The notes under the pieces were generated by a model, which worked only from the letters and a program-made list of their open reading frames with translations, was not told where the DNA came from and ran no database searches. Shown here piece after piece: positions 12,772 to 24,199 of a DNA stretch of 34,577 bases. Position numbers and translations under genes: made by a program. Every line of letters starts with the position of its first letter. Within the stretch, counting starts at the first letter, position 1. The stretch is from Selaginella moellendorffii. Lineage: Eukaryota > Plantae > Lycopodiophyta. Location of the stretch: positions 65,608-100,184 of the forward strand of contig NW_003314447.1 in the NCBI RefSeq assembly GCF_000143415.4, in the 5' to 3' direction.

Positions 12772-14610
12772 AACCTTTGCACTTGGTCCAAGTGCTCCAC
12801 ATGTCCAGTCCCATGACCGACACCCTAAGGTACCATCGACATATCAACTTGTTACGCTAAAGCCATACCCCTTCACCTTGGTTACACCGGTGGTCTAACA
12901 CCACCTGCATCACAGTCCCGTCTCTCAAAGACTGGGCCATCCATCCATGAGTGATCATCCCAGATCCACTCTTTAGCATCCTTAGGATGCCCACAAACAT
13001 GGGGGTTAGCATTCCCCAATATCCCTTTTTCGGTCCCCACCAAATCCCTTCTTGCTCATGGCCATGTTTGCCAACACTGCCACTGGATCGAGGCCTACAA
13101 GCCCGACCACTAAGTCTCATAGTCCTCTGGGACTTCTTCACCACTTGACTGTATCCTTAGTCACTACACCAAAGGACTATTCCTCTACCTTTCTACAGTC
13201 TGGGTCTTTGGGACAACAATTCGGAACACCGTGGCTTTACACGAGCCTCATAGGTACTCTCCCCACCTTCTGCCTTTGGGTGCTCTAGCCATAGGCTTAG
13301 AGTGAGGTTCCATTGAGCCACACCAGGTATCTAAGTAGGTAGTGCCACCCACACTTAGACTGGGAGCATCGGCCAGTCGATCTCCCAGGAAAACTAGAGC
13401 CAACTCTTGAACACTTCACCAAGTGACCCCGCTTGTCGATCCGTGTTCACTTTAGTCTTGGACTTCCTAGTGGGCAACTCATCACCCAACACTAGGTACA
13501 GCCTTCATGTGCCAAACTGGCCTTTCCTGGCCAAATTGGCTCCACTATAGTCCTCCCCCTTACTATACTTTTGGAGCTCACCAAACCCCTTAAACCTTTG
13601 CACTTGGTCCAAGTGTTCCACGTGTCCAGTCTCATGACCGACACCCCAAGGTACCATCGACATATCAACTTGTTACACTAAAGCCATACCCCTTCACCTT
13701 GGTCACACCAGTGGTCTAACACCACCTGCATCACAGTCCCGTCTCTCAAAGACTGGGCCATCCATCCATGAGTGATCATCCCAGATCCACTCTTTAGCAT
13801 CCTTAGGATGCCCACAAACATGGGGGTTAGCATTCCCCAATATCCCTTTTTCGGTCCCCACCAAGTCCCTTCCTGCTCATGGCCATATTCACCAACACTG
13901 CCACTGGATCGAGGCCCACAGGCCCGACCACTAAGTCTCATAGTCCTCTAGAACTTCTTCACCACACGACTGTATCTTTGGTCACTACACCAGAGGACTA
14001 TTCCTCTTCCTTTCCACAATCTGGGTCTTTGGGACAACAATTCGGAACACCATGGCCTTACGCGAGCCTCATGGGTACTCTCCCCACCTTCTGCCTTTGG
14101 GTGCTCTAGCCATGGGCTTAGAGCAAAGTTCCGTTGAGCCACACCAAGTATCCAAGTAGGTAGTGCCACCCACACTTGGACTGAGAGCATCGGCCAGTCG
14201 ATCTCCCAGGGGAACTAGAGCCGGCTCTTGAACACTTCACCAAGCTACCCCACTTGTCGGTCCGTGTTCACTCTAGTCTTGGACTTCCCAGTGAGCAACT
14301 CATCACCCAACACTGGGTATAGCCTTCCTGGGCCAAACTGGCCTTTCCTAGCCAAACTAGCTCCATTGCAGTCTGTAAGCAACCAAAGGGAATGACTCGA
14401 GAGACGATCCATAGGGGTTCAAATATAGAGGGAAAGGGCCCATGAACAAAAGTGCACCCTCTTTTCCAATTGGTTAAAGGTCTTGGGATATTTGGGGTTA
14501 AGTGTCTTTGGGTTTGAATAGTACTGGGTTAGATGACTTCTCGAGAAGTCCAAACTCAGGAGCTTATACAGTCCTCCCCCTTACTATACTTTTGGAGCTC
14601 ACCAAACCCC
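12772..14610. repeat. Direct tandem duplication, 821-bp unit (second unit carries a 200-bp insertion)
   Basis: 12857 vs 13678 offset is 821; near-identical ORF translations; junction CCAAACCCCT|TAAACCTTTGCACTTGG at ~13590. Confidence 0.92.
14374..14568 (+). mobile_element. Cassandra-type solo LTR, 195 bp
   Basis: TGTAAGC...GCTTATA termini, perfect CAGTC TSD (14369-14373/14569-14573), 5S-like segment at ~14497-14551, and the empty site visible in the first tandem unit (~13545-13560). Confidence 0.92.
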
Positions 14611-14649
14611 CTAGGGTTTAGGAGACGAACGCTTTGGGCTTTCACCCTC

Positions 14650-15095
14650 TCAGACTCGGGCTCAAACTCGGGCTCGGACTCAGACTTGGACTCGGACTCG
14701 GGCTTGGGCTCAGTCTCGGCCTCGGCCTCGGTCTCAGTCTCGGTCCCGATCTCGGTGTCGACCTCGGACTCCATCTCAGGTCCATCTTGAACTCCATCTT
14801 AGACTCCATCTCAAGTCCATCTCGGACTCCATCTCGGACTCCATCTCGGGTCCATCTCAGGTCCATCTCGGACTCCATCTCGGGTCTATCTCAGACTCCA
14901 TCTCGGACTCCATCTCGGGTCTATCTCAGACTCCATCTCGGACTCCATCTCGGACTCCATCTCGGACTCCATCTCGGGTCCATCTTGGACTCCATCCTGG
15001 GTCCATCTCGAACTCCATCACGGATCCATCTTGGGTCCATCTCGAACTCCATCTCAAATTCATCTTGGGTCCATCTCGGACTCCATCTCAGACTC
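14650..15095. repeat. Minisatellite of 6-bp (GACTCG/GGCTCG) and 11-12-bp (GGACTCCATCTC/GGGTCCATCTC) units
   Basis: Directly visible tandem array. Confidence 0.95.
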
Positions 15096-15479
15096 CTTTT
15101 TAGACACTTCCACATGTCATGTGTTGGTCCTTTTGAGTCCCTTTTTGAAGCTTTGCTTATTGCTCGCTTTGTGCTTGTTCCTCGAGCACTTTGTTGGGAG
15201 TTCCACTCCCACTCTTGACCTTTCAAGTCGGAACTTTTAGTTCAAACATGTTACGCTCGTTTGGTTTTCGTTTCGGCCACCACCACATGGCACCCTTCCG
15301 GCTCCACTTTGGGGCCTAAGGATTTTGTGTCTCACACTTTTATGTATGATTCCTAGCTTTAGATAGCATCTAAAGGACTTTACAAGGTCTACTAAAGCCA
15401 TAGCCTCTTTCCTATAGGATGTGCACATCATTGACATAGCCTCCTCTTCTAATCTAGATGCAATTTTTGCACTTATAGG

Positions 15480-15780
15480 CTTTGGCAATAGTTCTCCCAT
15501 CATCAATGCTCTTGTTGATTTTGGATCTGGGAGTAATGTGATCTCTTCAGCCACAAGAGTAGGTTTTCAAGTCTTTAGAAGCACAACTCTAATCCTAAAG
15601 ATGTTTGCAAACTACACTGTTATCCCCACGGGCATTTGACGTAGTGTTCAAGTTTACATTAATGGGGTGGAATCTTTTTTGAACTTTGTGGTGGTAAACT
15701 ACCAAAAGTTCAGCTCCACACCTTTGAAGGACTCTCTCATCATTGGATAAGTTTGGCATGATTAGGTTTGACGCATCACA
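15480..15780 (+). mobile_element. Retrotransposon aspartic protease relic
   Basis: PIINALVDFGSGSNVIS...LKMFANYTVIPTGI. Confidence 0.7.
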
Positions 15781-17465
15781 AATTGGTCACTCGGCATAAT
15801 AGAGATTAACGACAATCACTGAACTTCTTATTTCTATAATGCTTGTGGACACTCTTTGTTGGGAAAGCTTCAAAAATAGCCTTTAGGACTATCTCAAAGC
15901 CAATCAATATCCTTCGAGCCAATATTATCTTCCTTGACACCCTTTCCCCACTCACTGACTATTATCTTTCTTGAGTTGATCAAAGATCCATCACAGCTTA
16001 AGTTCAACATGTTCCAGTGCAATACTAATACAGGCTTCCCCAATTTTCATAGCAAACACTCAGTTTGATCAGAGTGATGGCCAACTTCAAGAGTCGCCAA
16101 TCTTCCTAGTGGAGGCTCTTCTGATGACATCATTTCTTTTCAAGTGTGGACCTTATATGGAGGATCTCCTCTCAATTGCAGCTTAGTCTTAGAGCCTTCA
16201 TCATGGTACTCCAATGAAGCATGTGCATTCTATGGCATCCATGACCTTTGAAGTGGGAACAATGATTATGAGTGAGAGTAGCCCAGCCTCTTTATTTGAT
16301 TAGACTACTTGTACTTTCATAGATTTCCAAGTATTATTGCTTGCGCTATCTTGCGCCATACTACAAACTTCCAACTTTCCAACATGGACAAGCTTCATGC
16401 TTGTGACATGGAGATCCTTGCCCTTGATGAGCAATGTAGGGCTTCAATTGAGCAAACCAAGGCAGACATTGACTCCAAAGTTCCTAGTTTAATCATCTTT
16501 TCTCCTGAACAACTTGTCATCCTCCAAATTTTCTTTACAGTGGCTTAGCCTCTACTTCATCTAGTGCTAAGTGGAGGGTGGTTCCTATATGCTTGCCAAT
16601 AAAATTGGCCATGAGCTTCCACATGCTCACAATCATCACCACCTCAAAGCATTAATGTAATGACTTCTTTTTTCTTTTTTCCCCATTTTCTTTCACCTCT
16701 TCTCTTTTGTCTTCAGGTTTTACTACCTTGGTGCATGGGTTCCAGCTTGGATTTCAGCCACAAGGTTGCATCAACTTTTTTCATATATGAGCTTTTACGA
16801 TTTCTTGGTGAGTTCTCAATTGTTTTCTGGATCTATCACTTTCACTTTATCCCATCATTCATCACTTTTTTTTTATCTCAAGCCTTCCTAGTGCATTTTG
16901 CTCTATCACAAATGTATATTGCAACTTTCCATGCCAACTATATGTGCTAAATGACAATTATCCAAGGCTCAAAACTCCACTAAAAGATACTTGAACTTCA
17001 AGACTATTGCACTCAATATACATGCTAATAAGAACAACCTGGGTAGAGACAAAATTGCTACCTGGCAAAACATCAACTCATTTTGTCCCTTCTAGACATA
17101 AGTATGCATAGAGGTGGATTGCTTGCTTACCACACTCAATCATCGTGTTTCATCCTGCTCAATCAAATGCATCTCAATGAGCCCACACTTTCCATACATA
17201 TAAACTCAACTACTAGAAAGAATTCAAGCACACATTTACTTGCCCTTGGAGAGAATCTCCCAGCACAGTGCAAACACCCATGGCCTTCAGAAGAGTGATC
17301 TCATTGCCCTCCATGCCTCCAAGGGTGCGAACTCTTACTCCAAGTACGTTTCTCAGTGGTCGAGGCTTTTGAGAGGTAAAATCGAACCCTATCCTCCTTT
17401 TGCCCTTTCTTTTGTCGATCTTCCATCCTCAAATCCCGAAACGATGATGAAAGAATCGCTTGGAA

Positions 17466-18573
17466 CAGGTCCGGAAGTTTCGAATCAAAGAAATGGCAAG
17501 GGCGATGGAACAACGAGCGCTGGGGCGTGGGCGATCCGATCGCGCAGCCCACGTCGTTGGCTGGACGTCGACGTCCACCTCTGGAAATGCCGTGAGCTCC
17601 ACTCCCACCAGCGGCGGTTCGGTATGCTCTCTCGGGCCTCTTTTGCGCATCGATCAACTTCCTCGAATTGCCAACTACGTTCTTGGGGCCGTGGTTCTCG
17701 TCGAGGCCCGAGGCAAACCGGACAGGAGGAGGAGGAGCTTTCGACGCTCCTGGCATGAAGAGGGTGGTGAAAGGAAAGAAATGGAGCAAGAGCGAGCACT
17801 CCCGAGAGAAGCACTCTGTAGAATGCCACGGCTCACGCCATGGCTCACGCTTCTCCCATGTAGAGACAAGGCTGGGCTCACGACGCTCCTGGACAGGCAG
17901 ACGATTTACAGTGGTATGTACCATTCCCAGAGGCTGCTTATCACTTCCGGTGACTTCGATCGGGACGAAGAAGGCACGACATTGGAGCAGGTTGTTTTCC
18001 GAAAGCTGCAAGACTGGACACTCTCCAGCATGTTTGGCTCAAAGCTGGTAGGCAAGTGCCCGCTTGCAACTACAAGTAGTGTCTATCTGGAGCTGGAGGA
18101 GAGCTTGGCGAAGCACTTGGCTGGAGATCTCAGCGAAGAAACAGGCATCAACTTCGCGGACAGTCGTGTTTTCAGTCTCAGCCCTGCTCCAAGTCGGGTG
18201 CTCGCGTCCTCTTCAGGCTCTCTTTTTCTGGCACACACAGCGAGCTCAGCCCCGGTGGATTGGTCTCCGGCTCGGGCTCAGTTCTACACAAGCTGGTACT
18301 TGGCTGGCAGCGGGAATGCAAGGGGATCCATCGTCATTTCGTTTCGGGCAAATGATGGTTCTTCCCGGGACTGTTACTCTCCAGGCATCGAGGCAGGCGA
18401 GGATGATACCGAGGTATGTTCGTTTGAATGGCCACACGCTACAGGTTTCGTTGGATTGCCGAAACGTGGAGTTTTGGGACTGATGAGATTCACACCAGCA
18501 GAAGATCGCAAAGCTCCTGCGGCTGTGGAGATTGCTCTGCGAGTTTCTATTGCAACCCAGGCCATAACTCTTG
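17466..18573 (+). pseudogene. GPI16: GPI transamidase subunit PIG-T/GPI16 pseudogene fragment (right arm) with a local micro-inversion
   Basis: Same motifs as the left copy; the PVGVEL...W segment is inverted at ~17548-17625. Confidence 0.88.
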
Positions 18574-18757
18574 ACGATCCATTTCGATTCACAACCCAAG
18601 AGGGGGCTTTGCCAAGGACGAAACGCCGAGCAGCACGAATGCGGGGGATAATCTCGTCTGGTGGGCGATCTAACAAAAACGCCATGGATTTCGCAAAGAC
18701 CCCTGTCATATGGTTCAAGTACATGGTATGATTTTTTTATTCCGGGAACCCGGTTGC

Positions 18758-18972
18758 CGAGATGATGGCTATCAGGTAAGTGTAGAGGTAAACCGTTGTA
18801 GAAGACCCGGGTTCGATGCCGAAGGGTCCACTCAACAAGGACTTTTATGCAAAAATTTTGCTAAATAAGGAGCCATTATTCTGGTTCGCCGGCTCACAAA
18901 AACAGCTTAGACCAGTCATTTAGGACATCGGTCTCCCAGAACAAACGTTTCGGGTTCGATTCTCTTCCCGAT
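18758..18972 (+). other. Two degenerate tRNA-like relics, right-arm copy
   Basis: B-boxes GGTTCGATGCC (18810-18820) and GGTTCGATTCT (18953-18963); A-box-like TAGACCAGTCATTTAGGACA. Confidence 0.4.
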
Positions 18973-20130
18973 ATTTGTAAATACCAAATACTGAATCATC
19001 GTCGATCATCAATGCGGATGCTCTGGCATCGGGAGCACCTCAGCCTTGCGCAGATTGACGTGGGCAAGCTGGAGACTGCTGTGATAATCCATTTCCTGGC
19101 CTATCGGCGCAGCGGCGGCTCCAGCCCTGGCAGCTGGTTCTCTTGTCTCGTCTGATTCCATTGACAAGACATGATCGATCGCAGGCGCTCCTCCTGTCGC
19201 TCCTCCTCCTCCTCGCAGTGTAGCTTTCTCGACGCTGACCTTGTGTTTGGCGCCCTGGCGGCGGGATACGTTTTCAGGGACCAAGGTTGAGAGGTATGAA
19301 CTTCCAGAGAAGTAGACTTTGTAAGCTTTCGGTGTGATCTTTCCAGGTTCAGGGCTGTGCTTGGAGCATCGACGCCACACATTCACCATCCATTCCTGTC
19401 ACGAACAGGCAATTCCATCCTCAGGCAGCTCAAGTGGACGAAGTTCTCCATGTGCCTGGTGGGTTTGGGGGAATCAAACAAGCCCGCTTTTTCTCCCGAG
19501 CTTGATACTCCTCCCGATTTTAGCACCCAAAAATCACCCCGATTCTTGAGACGCATCAAGGATATTTACTAGCCAGACTTCCATGGTGTCTACATGAAAG
19601 GTTTATGCGAAGGAGGACGCCACCCTCACTGTCAGCTTTAACACTTTCTCAGCAAGAGCGTGGTCGAGGCTTTTGACAAGCGCCAAAGGGGTGATTACAG
19701 TTCCCTAGGATCACCCCCGCATTGATCTGCCACAGGAGAACTAAATCTCTCGTGCCTCTTGATTATTGCTAGTGAGAGCAGCAGGAGCTTGATGGTGCAG
19801 AACTACCACTTTCTGTTCTATCTGGAAGCGTCCCAGTTGTCACCGCACCAAATGCCACGAACTTTCTAGGGCATAAAATGAGTAACTATCACAAATATTC
19901 TTTTGCATAGCTCGAACCAAGGCACCACTGGACTACTGATCTTTCATAACATTATTAAGAAAGGAAGGCTTTAATGTGAAAAAAGCCTGATCTTGTCCAT
20001 AACCAATAGGAGGTGGGATACAGGATCAGCAAGCAATCCCAAAGTGTATGTGACATTTCTACTTTCATACTTTTTATGCTAGAATCAGTGCATCTTAGAT
20101 TCTTTGACAAGGAGAGGCACTAAAATAGCA

Positions 20131-20520
20131 TCAAACTTGTAAATAGGTACTGTGCATCACCTTGACCACATCAAAATAAAAAGTAATACTGTGTTGATCT
20201 CCAGAAAATTGAACACTAATATCAGTAAGGCTTTTCATAGATAACAAATTTTCTTGCATTTCTGGGACATGTGTATAGTGCCATTTGTTAAGCTCAATGA
20301 GAATAGAACTAACACCTTTAGCCTCATAGAATTTTGCATTGGTGACTCCACAATAGGTATTGGTGTAGGCAAGCTTACTGTTTGAAAAAAATTTAGTCAA
20401 TTTCTTAGCACTCAAAATTGTTGAATACATTGTCCTATTGAAAGGTGATCTAGGAAATATATATACTTATAGATAGTGTACATCTTAGTCAAGTATACCT
20501 TGTTAGTTCTAGTATTTGTG
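20131..20520 (-). mobile_element. Ty1/copia pol relic
   Basis: GVTNAKFYEAKGVSSILIEL...HVPEMQENLLSMKSLTDISVQF, with a decayed ILD-like protease motif upstream. Confidence 0.5.
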
Positions 20521-21234
20521 AATTTGAGATTTTATGGCATAATTCAAGTGTTGCTTTCTAGATCATTCCATTTAAGGAGGTTTATTTATCCTATGCAAAG
20601 ATTTCTCCTATTTGGCAAGTAGTTTGATTTTGTTATCTACAACAATGTCAATTACAATTGTCTTCTAAGAAAAATGACTTTACTATAGTTGTTAAACTAA
20701 AAACTCTATAAATTTATTCTTTTTTTATTTTAGATTACAATTAATTTAAAAAGTTAGAACAAGGATTAACTATTATATTGACTTCAAAAGAAACTTATAT
20801 ATCTTTTTGAATTTTAGAAATTAAAATTTAAAAGTTTTTATTTTTCAATTGTGTATAGTATAGAGTAAATAAGCTATAGTTCATTTTTGATTTAGATATT
20901 TGTAAACATAACAATTATATCCTAAATTTATTTGTTTTATATATTAAATTTAAAGTTTATAAAATTTTATTTGGGTGCTTCAATGAAGTTTCAATTGTGT
21001 GGCATTTTGAAAAAGTAGTAAGAATATCAATCTTTACTCTTTAGTGAAATTCCATAAAATTTGATTTTGCTAAACACTGGAAATATATATTGTGCCATAA
21101 CATTAGAAAGATTTAATAACTCCTTGTTCTACTGTTGAGAAACCATTCAAATATGCTAACAATTTCATAAATGTTATTTTAATATGAACATTCATATGAG
21201 CTAATTTTTATTAATATAAGCATTCGTATGAGCT

Positions 21235-22180
21235 CCTTTTTAAAATAAAAGGTCTATTATTATTCTCTCCGTATTATTTGATATAGGTTTGAGTTTATGT
21301 TCTATTGCTCAAGCTATTGCTACACATTGCCATCTACACTTGTGTCATGCAGTGGAGCTAATTTTCATTTTTTATGGCAATAGCTATACACATGTATATG
21401 CATGGGATGAGGCAGACCTAGTTGTGTGTATGGATTAACTACATGATGTTGGTTTAAAGCTAAAGCGGTCGAACTGTGTATTTGGGTATACAAGGACACA
21501 ACTTATCTTAGGTACTGTATTTCTCATGAGAATTTGCAAGTTGATCTTAACAAATTTGTGGCTATTTTAAAGTTCTGTACTTCGAAGTATGTGAATAATG
21601 TGTAACACTTCCTAGGAAGGTGCAGTATCTCAGTCGTTTTGTGGATCATTTTTTTATCACAGTACACTATTGTAAGCATTACTGAAGTTATCAAGATCAT
21701 CTTTCATCTAGTCTTCAGCTTGTGAGCGGGTGTTCATGGATCTCAAAGAGCTATTGAGGATTCTTCCAATTTTGGCATATTTTAACTACATTCGATCTTT
21801 CATTTTGAGTGTGGATGCTTTTGATATTGATTTTGGAGGCGTGTTGATGCAACAGAGTCTGAGTGTGCCTGGTCAGTGCCATCTCATTGCATATATAAAC
21901 TATACATTACAACTAACAAAGATGAATTACTCCATGACAAAGAAGGAGTGTTTAGTAGCAGTTTGGGGTTTCAAGAAACTTCATGCATATCTACATGGTT
22001 TTCGGACATTATTAAAAGGTGATTATGCTACTATTACTTCAGTATTGAAGTGGAAGAACTTAGTTGGTCATATTGCTCGGTGAGCTTTGAAGCTTCAAAT
22101 ATATGATTTTAATGTTGTTCATCACTTGGGGAGTTCTATGGCTGATGCTGATGCTATTTTTCGAGCTCCTCTTCATTCTT
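21235..22180 (+). mobile_element. Degraded Ty3/gypsy pol (protease, internal deletion, RT end, RNase H); mirror homologue of the element at 1-2310
   Basis: ILSVLFDIGLSL; VGLKLKRSNCVFG; SVDAFDIDFGGVLMQ...NYSMTKKECLVAVWG...GHIAR* (RNase H). Confidence 0.85.
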
Positions 22181-23099
22181 CACTCTTTTCTCATGTTTTT
22201 GACGAGCCTATTCTTCTAACATTTGTGGATTTTCTAGACGAGGAGGTCACACAATAATGTCCCATATATCTACCTAGAATAGGAGAATCATGGTAAGCAT
22301 GGAGAAATTGTGGAATTAATATGGAAGGTACCACCAGATGTAAATGATCATCAGGATTTGTTTCTACAAAATAAAGAAGGCCATCTTCATATTTAGGTTA
22401 TAGTTTATAAAGTTTAGTCAGTTAATAAAATCTTTTTATGCATTTTTTAGCATAATTAGATAACAATGAAAAGCTATCCCTCATCCTAATTCAAATAGTT
22501 TTCTAAAAAATTTCAACATTGTTTAACAAATAATAAAAATTACAATCAACTCTTAAGTAAAGCAGAAACACCAGCACTTGAACAACAGAAGGAAAGACAA
22601 TACTCACCTCCCTCCAGGAGTTACAGTGGAAAAGGGTGGCACTTGCAGAGGCAACATTATCCCTACTAATGTGGAACAAAAGTCCTCCACTTATACTTCT
22701 TTTACTTAAAGTTTCTCCTTATTGCTAGCTTTAATAGTAAACACAAGAAAGTGTAGCATAGCTTGCAATGCAGCAACTTTGCTACTTCATTTTTGCCAGG
22801 ATGCATGAAAGATATAAAACCAGCCAAGCACAGATCCTTCAAAGGCAAGAATGGACACTTGATCCTAAACTCCTCAAAGAAAAACCCATTTCAAGCCTAT
22901 ACAGTTATAAGTATCCAACTCAAGAAAAAAGTTTTTAACTTGTACATCTTCCTCCGTGGATCTAGCAAAGAGCAGTTTTTATCACCCGAAAGCCACAAGA
23001 GAAGCTGAAATGCAAGTGCCAATTTTCACCTTTTTTGTTCTGTCAAAATACCTCTGTGGACAGAATGATTTCTCCAAGAGCCCAGAGTGCCATCATGAT

Positions 23100-23815
23100 G
23101 AGCTCAAGTAGTGATTTACAGCCACACCAATTATCACCACCAGTATCACCTTGATCACTCTCATGTGCTTCTCGTTTCTCAGCCACTTGAGCTTTTGGTT
23201 CAAAAGCCCCGGCTTCTTCCCTTCTGCTTGTCAAGAACAAATGGCTTAAGAACAAGAGCTTGGAATAGATGGGGAGATAACTCTAGGTACCTTTTCTTTC
23301 TCGTTCTTCCTCACCTATTCTTCACCTCAGAGTGTTTAACAGCGAATCAAAGTACAAAGCAAGAACCATGCACATTAAGGTGATCACGTTACTGCATGCT
23401 GAAATCCAGTGGCCAGTTGCATCAATGAAACTTTGCTATATATTTGCATTGGATGCTGTCTCTATAAGAGGAGAGCAAAGACAAAACCCAGACTTGGAAG
23501 AAAAAAAACAATTGACGACCTGAATAACAGCCAAAATATGCGAGTACATCATCACTTTGGAACTGTTTGAACACAGAGCACCTTGGGAAAGTGATAACTG
23601 GGGAAGGCAGATCAAATCCACGGTTTGCATCCGGAGGATGCTTGTCAATGTGAAGAAATCCCTGCATGAATGGAACAGCACCATCAAGATCTTCTAGCTT
23701 TCCAGCTTTGAGCCAAACATCCTGGAGAGTGTCTAGTCTTGCAGCTTGGAAGACAGATCTTCTGAAACTTCTGGCTTTTGCAAAACAACGGTCAAGGTTT
23801 GCTCCAACATCCAAT
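23100..23815 (-). pseudogene. GPI16: Third PIG-T/GPI16 relic: middle fragment fused to the C-terminal exon
   Basis: LEQTLTVVLQ...KLQD*TLSRMFGSK, then CAG|GFLHIDKHPPDANRGFDLPSPVITFP (from 23661), then DFSM/NVITL.C.VLALYFDSLLNTLR*RIGEEER. Stops and frameshifts. Confidence 0.85.
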
Positions 23816-24199
23816 TTTGAATATTAAGTCTATTGGGAAAGAAAGAAATTTTAATCAACTTATACAAAAATAACAAGATCGTTAGTATTACTACATTTTC
23901 TATAGTATTCATTGCAATGACAAAAATCCATAGTTCATACCTATCACTATATATCATTGTAAATCTTTAGCATTTATATGTACTTTTTTAACAATGTAGG
24001 TGTCACATATAGTGAAATCATTGTAGAGAAATATTTTATTGTTTTCTTAAAAAAACTTGCAAGGTGGTGAGTGACTTTACCTATGTAATCTATAAATCAT
24101 GTGATTTTATACATCTTTGCAATTTTTCTGGAATATTGTCTCATATGCAACAAGATTGTCTTCAAATCAAAGTAACTAATACACTAGAAAAACATTAGC

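Larger units (their letters stand above)
12633..15336 (-). mobile_element. Expanded solo LTR (family of 8188-9297) with an internal 821-bp tandem duplication, a nested Cassandra LTR and a minisatellite
   Basis: TGTAAATG...GTCTCACA termini and imperfect TSD CTTTC/CTTTT. Both ends are homologous to the ends of 8188-9297. Confidence 0.85.
16860..21145. repeat. Right arm (high-identity part) of large inverted duplication
   Basis: Reverse complement of 2330-6535. Confidence 0.97.

Noticed and set aside
14533-15240. Low-complexity ORFs or a CRISPR-like array
   Set aside because: Artefacts of a tandem minisatellite; no unique spacers and a eukaryotic context.
18905-18972. Functional tRNA gene
   Set aside because: Acceptor and anticodon stems do not pair convincingly; kept only as a relic.
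22560-23010. Possible exon fragments on the minus strand
   Set aside because: Splice-like signals are present but no recognisable protein.
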